DNA of 63,551 nt, filler included, from Ministeria vibrans ATCC 50519 (lineage: Eukaryota; Protista; Filasterea), in assembly GCA_943704425.1 (NCBI GenBank). It is 8 parts of 8 records of this genome, joined end to end, with 100 filler letters (N's around TTAATTAATTAA, not from the genome) between each part and the next. Parts side by side here need not be neighbours in the genome. Positions count along the whole stretch, not along the records: positions 38,537 to 52,506 come from CALSCP010001262.1; positions 52,607 to 54,515 come from CALSCP010001194.1; 6 more parts are not named here. One strand, given 5' to 3'. Shown one piece after another: positions 39,132-52,736 of this stretch; positions within the stretch are counted from its first letter, which is position 1; the number at the start of each line of letters is the position of its first letter. The position numbers were made by a program, and so were the translations under genes. Under the pieces are notes generated by a model. That model saw nothing but the letters and a program-made list of their open reading frames with translations. It was not told the origin of the DNA and made no database searches.

Positions 39132-39376
39132 CAGCCGCCGGACACATCGAGACGACCAAAGTGCTAAACCTGACCGGACCCTAATCTTCTTACATCATAC
39201 TTATAATTATTACTATACACCTTCTAATTTTAAATAAACGTCGTTAGTCAGTGTAATTATTACTCCACTTTACAACCAAAGCTATCTAATCAAAAACCCG
39301 ATATTCATTTTTATTGAGAAAGAAAAACTGTTGAAAGTGCTGTTGGTCGGTAGACCGAACAAAGAATCGGTCACGG

Positions 39377-42300
39377 CTAGCTAGCATCGTCCTCGTCACC
39401 TGCAGATGTTGCACTCTCAGACTCTTCGGACGCCACCGAGTATGCAGGGCTGGGACTGGGCGACGGCCCAAAAATGGCACTGGCTTCTTCGTGAGTGTTC
39501 AGAGTCTTCAACTTCTCACGTGCTTCGTCGCGCTCCTCAACCTGCTTGGCGTACTTGCTCTCAAGTAGCCCGTGCTGATCGTGCGTCTTTTGCACGCGTA
39601 CATATGCCTTTGCGCCGTGGCCTGCAGCCTCAAACGTGGCAGAGTAACCGGACAGGTCACGTGAAGACGGCATGCTACCGGTCTTGGCATACTCTTTCGC
39701 TAGCTTCCGCGCATTGCTGATGCTGCCAAGTCCTTCCATGACAAATGCATTGTCAGGACCGCGCAGAAACTCTTGCAGAGCTGGGTGGTTCAAGGTGCGA
39801 GCGCTGGTCATACACCACGAGAACACGGGAGGCGCACTGGGGACGGCTCGCTCCAAGAGGTGTACGAGTCGTTCGTGCAGCAGACAGAGCACACGGCGTT
39901 GAAGAGGGTAGAAGTTTGATTTACCTTCTGCCATGACCGCGGAAATGGTGCGTCGTACGTCAGCTAGGCTCTTTTGGGCAGCGGTTTCAGCAACACTGAT
40001 AGCTACGTCGTCTGCTCCGAGGCGCACCGCCAACGGAAGACGCGCTCGCACGTCTTCGACGACATCGGGACGCGAGAGAAGAAGCTTCCCGCAGTCGCGT
40101 GCAATGGCGACGGCATGGTCTCCTTCACGGTCAAGCAGCTGGAACACGAAGTCCGTAGCATGGCGTGCGCTGGAGCCTTCGCTTTGTACGGCGCGTCGGA
40201 CACGGTCAGCAATAGGGCCAATGGGCCACTCGCTGGCAACGGCAACCTCGGTACATATCCGGCAAGCATCGTATGATACGAGCACCCTGCCGTCGTCCTC
40301 GGTCATGCTGTCCCACACACGCACAATGATGGCACGGATGCGCGCCACAGCTTCTGCATCGTCGCTTAGCGACAACACGTCTTCCGCAAGTGCTTCCAAG
40401 AGAACAAGAGGCAGCTGCTCATCGCGGTAGCTATACCGTGTGTTTTGTTGCTGCAACACAACGAGCTCAAGCATCGCATCCACAAGAGACGGCGGGTTCC
40501 AGTGCAGCTGAGAAAGCTGCTTGACAAAAGTCTCAAGATCGCTCGCGCAGGCAAACGCATCACCGCTGTCGTTCGACGCCTGTGTACCCACAATTAGGTA
40601 CTCCCGAACAAACCGCTCGCAAAACGCCGCGTCTGTGGGACCGTCGGAGAAAAAGAGCGTGATCAAGTTGTCGATGCTATCGGACGACTTGACCAGAGCC
40701 TCAGGAGAGCTAGTGACGGCGTCGAACAGCACGAGGGCATCACGTCGCTTTTCAGCATCGTCTTTCCCAGCAGCAACCAGAGCCATGGCAGCATCCATGC
40801 TGGCTGCCATGAAAAATGGCAATACCTGTGTGCTCCTCAGCAGCACTAGCATGGCACGGTGATAGACGGTTTCCTTGGTGGGGCCTGAATTGCCCATGTA
40901 CTCCTCCTCGTTCTCGTCCTCGCCCTCACCCCAAAAGTCCGCGTTGGCATCTCCTGACGTTTTGATCAGCTCCGAGTCTATGCCGGTCCCAAGACACACC
41001 CCACTTTCCGTGTACCACGTACTGCTTTCATCCGTAGTCTCAACGAATTCCCACGACGAACTCACTTCATCGCCACCGTAGCGTTTCCCACCACGCCAGT
41101 AGCCGCCACCATCGCCTGCCATTAGGTCAGTGCGCTTCAGGTTCACCAAAAACACCTGAACGTCATCGTCATCGTCCAAGCGCTTGCTGACGGCCTGCAC
41201 AAACTTCAGCATCGCCCTCTCGCGTCCTTTGAGGCAAGACAATCCCTTCACTGCCGATAGTTCTGTGTACTGCAAATCAAAAAAAAAAGACAAATGAAAA
41301 GAGGAACAACAAAGGGACAACACAACATTGAGTCGCAGCAAATTAGCACGAGGTGAGCAATTCTTTCATGATGGTGCGCTTACCTTGTGCTCCAAAGGCA
41401 TGGCCAAGACTGGGTGCTGGATGGAGTCCCACTCTTGCAGCACAAGCACTGCCCGCTTGACCGCTTCGCCGTGCGACAGCGACGGAGCCGCCACACGGTC
41501 GCCAGTCCACACAATGTTGTACACAACGGCAAGGCGCTGTCCACTAGTCAGTGGCTCGACTTCGTGCTCGACGTCCGCGTAGTGAGCACAGTAGTTGCAC
41601 CCAAAGGCGGCGGTGTCACCTGCGCCAAACGTGTGCTTGTACGTCTTGCGTTGGTGGTAGGCAATGAGGGCGCCTCCGGTGCAGTTCGATGCAAGCTGGA
41701 TTACCAGCGTTGCAAACATGCCGTCCTCCTTCTCGGTGTCTCGGTGGCGCAGGAAGAAGTCCCCTTCACGATAGAGTAGCAGTTTGTAGGGGCGTGCCTC
41801 GACGGACGTGCCAGCGCCAAGCTCAGCGGCGACAGTGCGAGCAAACGCAGCGACGGCACTCTCCCACGCAGGGTTCTCAAAGCGGAAGTGGGCAGGATCG
41901 ATGTCGCGCGACTTGCGGACTGTCTCGTCGTGGACAGTGGCAAGGCCGCGGCCGTGCGGAGACGCCACGCTGTGCGACACAAGAAACGCCAAAGTCTCGT
42001 CGTCCGTCAGCGGGAGCGGAATGCGACGTTCGTGCACGACAAGTCCGGGATGCCCCGGGAGCTGTGGTGCATGTCCGCCGACACAGACCTGCAGAGAGGT
42101 GTTTTTTTTTTGTATTTTTTGTAGAAAAAAAAACGGAGTTGAGGGGATGATTTCACAATTTTGTAAAACGAATGCTTACCCTCCCAGCAGCCAGCAAGCC
42201 CGACCGCTCGAGGCACACATTCAGTGTGCGGATGGTCTCGTCGACGCCGGCGGAGCGCACAATGATTGCCTTGCTCTTCTTTGTCCTGGACCGTTTTGCA

Positions 42301-42443
42301 GCAGAGGCGTTCGTCTCGTCGCTGCTCGCCGCGCGCTTTAGCGGGGCCACAGGCGCCTGGGGAGCAGCAGCAGCAGCAGACTTAGACTTAGACTTAGACT
42401 TAGACGGCGCCGAAACCTTCTTCGCTGCACATGCACGGTCCAT
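39377..42443 (-). CDS. 2OG-Fe(II) oxygenase-domain protein with a long helical C-terminus (3 exons)
   Basis: YKLLLYREGDFFLRHRDTEK..MFATL..GGAL; HEVEPLTSGQRLAVVYN (HxD...H...R). Confidence 0.88.
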
Positions 42444-42563
42444 TCTCAAAAAATAATTGAAAAATATAATTATTATTGATTTTTATCAATTATTTCGATT
42501 GTTTTTTTTGGAAATCATCGACTCAATATTCAAATCATTTAATCATTTCTCTTCTCTCTCAAA

Positions 42564-44299
42564 ATGTCGGACATCAGCGGTGCGGTTAAGGCCGGCGATC
42601 TTTCTGCAGTTCGAAAATTCCTGAAAAAGGGGGCGAGCGCAACGCAAGCAACCAGCAACGGCTCAACGTACGATGGCTTATGGCCTGTCTCCGTTTTATT
42701 TTTACCGTCGCCTTACCCCGTCAGATTACTACACATTGCCGCTTCGCTGGGCCACGCGGATGTCGCCAAAGCACTTTGCGATGCTGGTGCACCCGTCGAT
42801 GCTCAGAATGCCGCTGGCCTGACCCCGCTACATGCTGCTACGGCCGGTACGAACGTTGGTTGTCGAGTGAGATGACGCATTGTGGAAGTCTCTTTCCCAT
42901 CGAATCGTCGACGAACTTCTCGTCGTCGACTCTTGCACGTGTGTCCTTCGCACATCCCCTGATGATTTTGTCTGTCGTCCAGGCCAAAACCACGCTGCGG
43001 TTGGCGTCCTTGTGTCGGCGGGCGCCAACATCGAAGCCATCGGTGCGGACGGACTCCCTCCCGTCTTTCGTGCCGCCGCCAATGGTGGTGCAGTGGCCAT
43101 TAAGGCTCTTGCCAAGGCCGGTGCCAATGTCAATGCGATATCTCCTGACGGAAGGTAATTGTGAATACGTCTTTTGTGCTTGTGAACTTGGATGCGACAT
43201 TTCAAACATTCCGTTTTCAATCAGCACTTCATTGCATGCGGCCGCGTCGGGCGGACACGTTGAAGCTGTCAAAGCGCTTTTGGCCGCGGGTGCCGATGCG
43301 AACAAGCTGATTGAGAGCACGGGACAGTCGGCGGCGCACGTTGCAGCGAGCAAGGGTTCCACTGAAGTGCTTGAGGCGCTCATCGCCGGTGGCGCCGACC
43401 GAGCGGCTGCAACCAAGGACGGTCTTACCCTGGTGCACCTTGCTGCAATTGGTGATCATTCCAAGACGCTAAAAATGCTGCTCAAGAAGGGTGCAAAGAT
43501 CAACGCGGTGACGACGGATGGGACGACGGCGCTGCACTTTGCGGCTCACAACGGCGCGAACGAAGTGGTCGGACTGCTGCTCAAGAGCGGTGCTATGGTC
43601 AACAAGGATACTGAACAGGGCCGCACACCGCTGCACATGGCTGCCGAAGCGGGTCATATCATTGCTGCCAAATTTCTCGTCGAGGGCGGTGCCGAAATGG
43701 ACATCCAAGCGAAAGATGGTACAGTACCCCTGCACCAAGCTGCCGGTAAGGACGACAATGCTTCTTTATGTCCTCATAATAAGACAATTAATTTTAATAC
43801 TAGTAGTATTATTACAACGACCATTACATCATTATTATTTTATTTTACCTGCTTCCCTCTTTCCCCTCCTTTTTCTCCTCTCCCTATCTCTTGTTCTCTA
43901 TCACTATTATACTCTGATATTATTTTCGTTTTTGTCAGTCAATGGCCATGAAGAAATGCTCCAGTTTCTGCTGGTCAACGGCGCCAAGCCTGACGCGACG
44001 ACGCTCGACGGAACGACCGCCATGCACATTTCAGGTAGGCGTCTGGAAAAGCCTAGTGTTTGTTTTTTTTTAAAAAAAAAAATAATAATAATAATAACAT
44101 TTATGTTGTGTATGAATTTGCAGCGGAGCAGGGTGACACAGCCTGCGCCAAGGTACTGCTGCGCATGGGAGCCAATGTGAACAGCGAGGATGCGCGTGGG
44201 GAAACACCGTTGGGGCTGGCGCGCTTGGCTATCATTCGTCAGGGCAAGACTGACTGTGCCCAGCTCATCGAAGGCTCTGGTGGCACCCTTCGCCGCTAA
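42564..44299 (+). CDS. Ankyrin-repeat protein (multi-exon)
   Basis: More than ten G.TPLH.AA..G repeats. Confidence 0.93.
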
Positions 44300-44453
44300 C
44301 TCTCGCTGCTTTTTCGTTCTAGCGTCCTGTAAAGTAACAAAACACAATAACAATAATAATTAATAATTATTATAATTTCTTTCCATTGCAAGAGTGTTGA
44401 ATAGTTGGTAGTTGTGATTGTAATAAAATATGGGGAAACGGGTGGCTAACGCG

Positions 44454-44724
44454 TCAGGTAGTGGTGGAACCAACGTGGAGAAAGTAGAGGTCGACACCGG
44501 CAATCATAACGACGTTGGCTCGCTTGTCGTCAAACAAGATACGAATATCCTTGGTCGAGTTGAGTTTGTGTGTGACCAAGCCTGTCGTGAGGTGGCGTGC
44601 CTCCATCGATGCAGCAGTAGCCGTCACCACCGCACGTCGCCCCAAAATCGCTGCACAAAGCAGAATAATAAATTAATAAAAATAAAAAATATAATAAAAA
44701 TACAATAAATATAATAAGAATAAA

Positions 44725-44795
<71 letters not shown>

Positions 44796-45579
44796 TAATA
44801 ATAAAAATTTAATAATTATAATAATTATAATTATTATTATAAATTAGTAATGGCATACCGGCATGTTGCGGAGGAGAATGAAACTTCATCTGACTGACGA
44901 GGTCGGAACGACGCTCAATCGTGCAGCCAGCGGCATCAATGACGCGCGCCTCGTTAGCGGCGACAATGAGATAAATACCCTGACCCAGCTCACGCAGCGC
45001 CACAATCTTCATCGCACGCTGCTTGGCTCCAGGCTTCCACTCCCACCCTTTGTGTTGCGAAATCACCGCCGCAATCTACATGCACAACCAATATAATAGC
45101 ATTTGTCTACATTTGTGTCCTATGCAGAGCACGTTCGTCTACCTCCTTAGCGGGCCTGTTGAGGTCCAGCAGATTGAGATTGACACGGTCCGTTTGAGTG
45201 TCGCAGCGGGCACCGAAGCACAGGAAGGGGTAGGCGTCGTTGTGCAGCACAAACAAGTCCATCACGGTCGGCGGCACCGAAGTGTGCAGCGTCACCTCCT
45301 ACATAAGATCATGCATGAGAGAGCATAAAATGAATCATCACGGCGATTGTAATCCATTGGAATGGATTCATACCTTGACAATCATGAACTGATGGAAAGG
45401 ATGGGGGGTCCATTGACGCAACTGCAATTCTTTTCCACACAAACACACCATAAAGTGCGTTCCACTTCTCGGATGTAACCCTACCGAGACAAAAACAATT
45501 AATAATTCAATCATAATAATAATAAGAAAATAATTAATAGAGAATCGAGAGGTGTACCCAATGTCAAAACAATTAATAC

Positions 45580-45632
<53 letters not shown>

Positions 45633-48600
45633 TAATTATAATAATAAGAACATAATTAATAGAGAATCGAGAGGTGTACCCAATGTCAAAACAATTAATT
45701 ATAATAATAAAAATAATAATAATTATTATTATGATCATTGCTTACCCAGTCGACAAATGCTGACACCCTTGGTCTGGGGAATCTTGCGCTCGACAGCGGG
45801 CACCTTAGTCTCCTTGACAGCAACGAGTTGGGCCAGACTGTACATGACCAGCTGGCGACTACCCGCCGTGATGGCCACAAGAATGCCCAGCTCGGGAATG
45901 GGCTCCATCCAGACGAGTTTGCGCTTGCTTGCCTGCTGCATGGACGGTGCTCGTCGCTGCCCGTCTACATCGTCGCCGCCGACACGCAACAGATACACGC
46001 CACGTCCGGTGCCCACCATGACGTAGCCACGGCTGTTGAGCACAAAGAAGGCGGCACAGTCGACCGAGTAAGGCACACCGGCAAAGAGACGTGCCGATTT
46101 GAACGACAGCACCGGTGGCTTGCGCACCTGCGCCTGAGTCTCATCAATGGTCTTGATCAACATGGTGCTGAGACACTCGTCAATGTGGTGATTGAGCGCC
46201 GCCTGGTCCATGTCGTGGAACTGTTGGCCGCACACAGGACATGTGACGGGTCCGTCCTCGTCTTCCTCCTCATCGTCGTCTTCCTCCTCCGCCTCTGCAT
46301 TGCCAACGACAGTCGAATCGCCAGCGTACGACCCGTTCGATGCCTGCGATTGCGCCCGCTGGTGTGCACCCATTTCGTCGGCAAGCAAGCGCCGTGTCAG
46401 GCACTCTTGCACATGCGCGTCCGGGTGTGCGCCTGCTGGAATGGCTTTGCTGCACACAGGACACAGGTTGGCAGGAGGGCCTCGCGTAAGCGACGCGTCA
46501 AACGGTTGAAACTGCGGTGGCAATTGCTTTTGAATGCGCGGCGGAGGAGTCGGTGACATGGCCGAAGAGGATCCTTGACGTGCTGGAGGCGCAGCGGCGT
46601 GTGTGGGCGACGGTGGTGTTGCCACTATCGCTGCACCACTGCCGGCACGCACCATGCCTCGCGGTGCTGCGTGGGGCGCTGCGTGCGCTGCAATGCCAGC
46701 TTGAGCCGCCGCAGCCGCCTGCGCGCGGTGTTTTGAGGCACGGTTCGCGCCCTGCTTGCGTCGTTCGGTGGGAATCCGTTTGAAGGTGGCGTACGCGACG
46801 CTGCTAGACTCTTCATTTGATGCAAGCTCGACGGCAGCCACCGATGTGGTGTTGTCGTCGGTGAGCTCTTCCTCGTCGTCGTCCTCGTCAAAGTTAAACA
46901 TTTCCATGCGCAGTCCTTGCTCGGAGGGCACAAAGGGCACTTCGGTGGCGCGTTTCTTGACGCCACCCTTTGCCTGCAGTCGCTGCACCGCCTCCTCCAG
47001 CACCCCCGTCGTAGCTTTGCACTCCTTGACAAACGGGTGCGACAGCAGTTGGCGCGCACTCAGACGCTTTTTGGGATCTTTCACGAGGCACTTGGCAAGG
47101 AAATCGTGAAACTGGCGCGACCACTTTTTCTTGTCGGTCAACTTAGGAGACGGCTCGGAGGGGATGAGAAAGAGCGCACGCATAGGGTGAAGGTGCACGA
47201 GAGGCGGTTTCATCTCGGCCATCTCAATGAGCACAATTCCCATCGACCAGACGTCGCACTTGGCGGTGTATGGTGCTCCGTTGCTGCGCTCTGCACCAAT
47301 CACTTCAGGCGCCATCCAATAGGGTGTCCCAATGAACGACTTGCGCTTCTGCATAGAACTCGTCAGCTGTGCTGCTACGCCAAAGTCCGCCAGCTTCACT
47401 TTTCCTCGATGTGTCAACAAAATGTTGCCCCCCTGCATCGCCAACCGTGTGTGAGAAAGAAAGAAAAAGAAATAAGGGCACGTAAGTCAGTCACAGAGCC
47501 GAGTGCGATCCATCAAAACACCACAATCGACAGAGCATAGTAAGAAACATACAACAAAGACAAGCAATAGAGAAGGCACAATCAACAGAGCACAGTAAGA
47601 AATGTGCAGGAAGACAAGCAATACAGAAACCACAATTGAAAGAGCACAGTCAGAAACCAAAGACAAACAAACAATAGGGAAGGCACAATCGACAGAGCAT
47701 AGTAAGAAACATGCACAAAGAATAACAATAAACAACACACACACGCATAGTACGCGAAACATAGTCCAAAGACAAACGATACAATAAGAAACAACCACAA
47801 TCATACCTTGATGTCACGATGCATCTTGTTCTGCTCCATGAGGTAGGCAAGACCCTGCATCGCCTCGCGATTCACCACTTGAATCTCCGTCTCGGTCAAG
47901 TGTGTTCGCAGACCGCGGTACAAGTCCTCGACGGAACCACCTGAAGCGAAAGAAACCAGAATCAGCGTGTCGTCTCGCCCCTTCTCGCTCCCTCCTCGTA
48001 TCTCGTACCGGCGCAAAACTCCATTGCAATCCACAACTTCTCTTCTTGTTTCATAAAGCAGCCGAGATACTTGACAATATTTTCGTGGTTGCAATCCTCA
48101 AGAATGGATATCTCATGTTGAACATCGTCAAGCGACTCGTCTATAGGAATGAAGGGAAGACCGCAGAGAAAATAGTCCGTTAAGCGCGGTTGGTTCTTCC
48201 GAGCACAACGCGAAAGACAACATGGAACATGGAGCACTAGTGGGAGAAAGAGGGGGAGGGGCGGGGAGTGTGCAAGGGCGGCAAGCACAGCCGCTCCGAA
48301 GCAAGAACATAAATCGTATTCAAGCCCCCATCTCATCAGATCCAATCGCTTTGCTGATGCCCGGTCGTTTTAGCTCTCATGTATACTATTCTTACCTGCT
48401 TCCAGGGAGATGATCTTGACAGCAGAGAGTTCCGACGTTTTTCTCACGACCGCCTTTTTCGACACAAAGGAAAAAAAAATGCTTCTCGTTAAAAATAACC
48501 CACTCTTGGAGTACATCTTGAGTTCGGACGCATGGCCAATGTAAAGTTCAAGGGTGATGATGTATGCGAGCACGAGGATGTGGCAAGTGCGCAAAGAACA

Positions 48601-48727
48601 AACATTGTCTCACCTTGAATACGTCACCGTATGTTCCACTGCCGATTTTCTGAATCAACTGAAAGACCTCATCAGGATCCTTCTTTGATATGCGAACGCC
48701 CGGTACAGCTGCGCTAGCAGTTGACAT
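44454..48727 (-). CDS. MAP4K: Ste20/GCK-I-like MAP4K with a C-terminal CNH domain and two UBZ-like Zn fingers
   Basis: IGSGTYGDVFK, KLWIAMEFC, KMHRDIK|GGNILLT, KLADFGVAAQL..KRKSFIGTPYWMAPEV and LHPMRALFLI, with a CNH-like C-terminus. Confidence 0.93.
44727..44806. repeat. (TAA)n microsatellite in a MAP4K intron (another at ~45580-45645)
   Basis: Directly visible in the sequence. Confidence 0.9.
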
Positions 48728-48908
48728 GGTAACAAAGCGTGACAAAAGAATAGCTTTTTACTTTTTTCAAATTTCAGGCGATCAGATCACAAAGAGAGAA
48801 GTCCAAGGAGAGAAATAATAAATATTTTATCATTTTTTCTAGACCGCCACCTTAAGACGCCCAAACGTTGCCTTTGACTTAGTCGGATAGAGATCAAAGT
48901 AGTTTGCC

Positions 48909-51144
48909 ATGAGCAGATGCCTCGTCTTTTTTATTGCCATCCTGGCGTTGGCCCAATCCACCATTGGAGTTCGCATGTCCTTTTCCAATGTATGTCTCTC
49001 TGTCTCTCTCTCTCTACCTATGCGTGCCCTATATATCCATATTCAGTTTTCTGCCTTTCGCTCCTGCCCAAGTGTTGTAGAGTTTCGTCGTGAACACATC
49101 TGACACGCGATTTCTTCCATTGGTTTTTTTTTTTGTTCAATGTGCAATCAACGCAATCCTTGTGCACAAACCCTGTCTGTGTCCCTTTACGACCACCGCG
49201 TATGCGCCGCGTCGATGCGTTTTCCTTTAATGTGTACTCGTCCGTTCAACCGTGCACCGTGTACGCTTGTTTCGGCCGAGCGAGCGCGAGAAAGTCGATA
49301 CAGTGTCTCGCGACTTACTTTGTCTCGTTTGTGTAGGAGCCAGGCTTTCGTCTTTCGGACGCCATGTTTGCACGGAAGGCTGCGCAACCGACGACCCCTG
49401 ACTCCACGACTGATGTGGGCTCGCACATTCGCATTCGTGCGCGCTGCTCCATCGACAAGAACTCCACTCTGCTTGCTTACATGGTGTCCACCGTGGGTGT
49501 TCTGAAGCTCGACGAAATCATTTGTTGCTCTCCCAACATGAACATGGGGTCCTCTTGGATTTGTCGGAATGGCATTGCCGTGCCCAAGTCACGCTCGGGC
49601 GACGTACGTTGAAAACACTCATCATACGCTTTTTATTATAATAATATTATTATTATGAATATAAATTGTTAAAATTCTATAATAATAATAATATTTAATA
49701 ATAACAATAATAATTTTAATTCTTCTTTGTTCTGCTCTAGGTCTTCGCGACGGGTACCGTGCCTGGCGGTACATGTGCAATTGACGGCGTGAACGAACTC
49801 GTGACGGACCTTCCTCGCACCATTTTTTACGAGACATCAGTCACCACATGCACCGCACCGCTCGCCTCCGTCCACAACTTTTCTCAATGGCAAAAAGCAC
49901 CTCGCCAAACCGAGCGCATTAGCGGTGAGATTCGCTACCGTTCGTGGTACGGCTTTTTGCCGGCCTACGACTACCCTCTGCTTGTGTTCTTTGGTATCAT
50001 GTGCCTCGTGTACACTGGTCTGGCGGTCGCTTGGTTTGCCGTGTGTGCTTTTCACTGGCGCGAGCTTATGCGTCTGCAATTCCTTATTAGTGGTGTTGTT
50101 ATCATGGGTCTCTTCACCATGGTCATTTTTTACAGCGACTACGCCTCGTACAATAAGTCGGGTGTGCGTCGCTCGGCCCTTATGGTGTTTGCCAACTTTG
50201 TGTTCGCCCTCAAAAAGACGTTTGCTCGTCTGCTGTGCATTGTCGTCGCCATGGGCTTTGGCATTGTGCGTTCGACCATTGGCGACATGGCCGACAAGCT
50301 TGGCGTGCTGGGTGTTGTTTATTTGCTTGTGAGCTTTGGCTACGACGTTTGCTTCAGCGTCTACCGCCAGTACGGCAATGAGGACTATCGCAAATACGTC
50401 ACCTTCTTCATTGTGTTTGTGCTCGCCTTCGACGGCATCATCACCTACCTCGTCTTTGTGAACATTCATCGTACCATGAAGCAGCTCATCAGTCGACGCA
50501 ATGATCTCAAACTGCGCATCTACTGGCGCTTCAGTTACATCCTCGTGGGTTGCGTCATCTCCGCCATTGTCTTCTTCTTTCCTTACTACTCCTATGCATT
50601 CACTCACCGCGACGACCCTTCCTTCCGCATCGACATGGTCTGGCTCGAGTCCGCCTTTTGGCATGTACTCTTCTTTGTCGTGCTTCTCTCCATGTGCGTT
50701 CTCTTTCGTCCCGTCGCCAACAACATCCGCTATAGCTATGCAGCTGTCGCCGACGACGACGAAGAACTCGAAATGGACCACCTCGACGACAGACAGCCGG
50801 TCAGCTCGAACCTATCGGGCGGCGGGCGTGTCAAGAGCCGTTCACGCTCAAGGTCAAACAGCACGAGTGCGCCCCACGACAACAATGACGACGACGATGA
50901 TGATGATCTCCGATGGGTCGAAGAAAACGTTCCGTAAGAGTGTCACAACCTACAACCTGTTGATTATTCTGTCTTTGGCAGTTTAAATTCTTTTTATTTT
51001 CTTCAATGGATTGTATTATTCTTCTTCTTCTAATTATTTTTATTTTTTTGTGTGGTTAGGTCGGGTTCGCTGCCTACCGATTTTTTGGATGACAGCGACA
51101 ACGAAGTGTTTGATGCCAAGCTGGAATCATCAAAGAGAGATTGA
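48909..51144 (+). CDS. TMEM87: TMEM87/GPR107 (LUSTR/GOST) seven-TM protein
   Basis: Signal peptide; YGFLPAYDYPLLVFFGIMC; VAMGFGIVR; LFRP..N..RYSY; DDLRWVEENVP. Confidence 0.9.
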
Positions 51145-52605
51145 GTTGGGTTCAAAATGAAACAACAGGACGTATTAATATTAGAATAGATTGACTTCTT
51201 TATTGTCTTTTTTCCCTCTCATAAGTATTAGTGCTGAATAAGCCCTCCTGTAGCAGCTTAGAGTGTGCTGGACTGTTTGAGTTGTTGCTGTTTGATGATA
51301 ATATAATTTTATGGATTGATTAATACAATTAATAGTGTGATACAAATAGACTCAGTGGAAGCCGTGCGTCCAAATGTGGTGAACAATCAGGCCAACGACA
51401 ATGAGAAAGGTGGCAAATGCCCTGAAAACACAGAAGAAGAGAGAGTTGTGTCAGTACAACCTTAAAACAGTGAAACGCCTCTGTTTCGCCGTGGAAGCGT
51501 CCCGGCCAAAGAGTGTAGACTCTGCAGTGGCCCCCGAAACACATACATGCGTTGAAAACGCAGCCATTCAAGGCCAAGCACTCGGGTGCTTGCGTCGTTT
51601 CGTTGTGTGGCAAAAACATTCGTTTTTTGCTCATCATCCTCCTTACCAAGCTCTTTTCATCCCATAGTCAGGATCCACAACCGTGTGCTGAGCCATTGTC
51701 TTTGAAGTTCTCGTGACGAAACAAACCGAGGCAAATCACAAGAGAAATGTTGTTGGCGAATAGTTAAATCTCGCGAATATGTTTTCGATCACTTTTGAGT
51801 TCCCAATTTACAGTTCACTTTTTTTCGTCTCTCTCTCTAACATTATCTGTTTCTCTCTCTGTCTCTCTAACGTGACTCTGTAAGAAAAATCATTTATTAA
51901 GCAAATATCGTCATAGCATGAAACATTCTATGTCATAGTATAAAAATTACTATTATTCATCTTTGTGGTTTGCCTCAGTGCTATCGCCAGGAATAACCCT
52001 GCGTCCACTGCCTGTTAGCAATTAGATAGCATGTATTGTTAGAATGGCGTTTGTGTGCAATAATGAGCAAAGTAGTTTGTCCTCGACGCGTCTTAACGGT
52101 TGTCTCAAAGCGTTTCTTCGTCTCAACCAAAATTCGTCATTGTCGCGGCTTCTTTTGCGATTCGCTTTTACGGAATTGGCTATCAATGATACATTTACAC
52201 GCACACGAAGCAATTTCAAGCGTTGTAATTGCTTGCACTCGCATCAGACGAAACAAAAAGAAAAAAGAAAAAAAAACTGTGTTGTGCACCATTTCGGCAA
52301 AAATATTAAAAGCCAGCACTCTGTGTGCCGTTGACGCTTTCAAACGGCATGCCACGTTCAATACATGTGTCATGTACACATAGGCGTTCAGCACAAGCCG
52401 TAATTTTGTTTTTTTCCGCTTTGACGGACGGTGTTTCGTTCGACGCGCCAAAAACGTCACATTTCGTGCGTTTCGCTTCGAACACGAACGAAACGATTAA
52501 AAAAAANNNNNNNNNNNNNNNNNNNNNNNNNNNNNNNNNNNNNNNNNNNNTTAATTAATTAANNNNNNNNNNNNNNNNNNNNNNNNNNNNNNNNNNNNNN
52601 NNNNN

Positions 52606-52717
<112 letters not shown>

Positions 52718-52736
52718 CTTTCTTTCTCGGTTGTAG

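Noticed and set aside
51150-52500. Short ORFs and a small TTTCGTTCG/CGAACGAAA inverted repeat in a gene-free stretch
   Set aside because: No recognisable motifs or paired termini, so no call is supportable.
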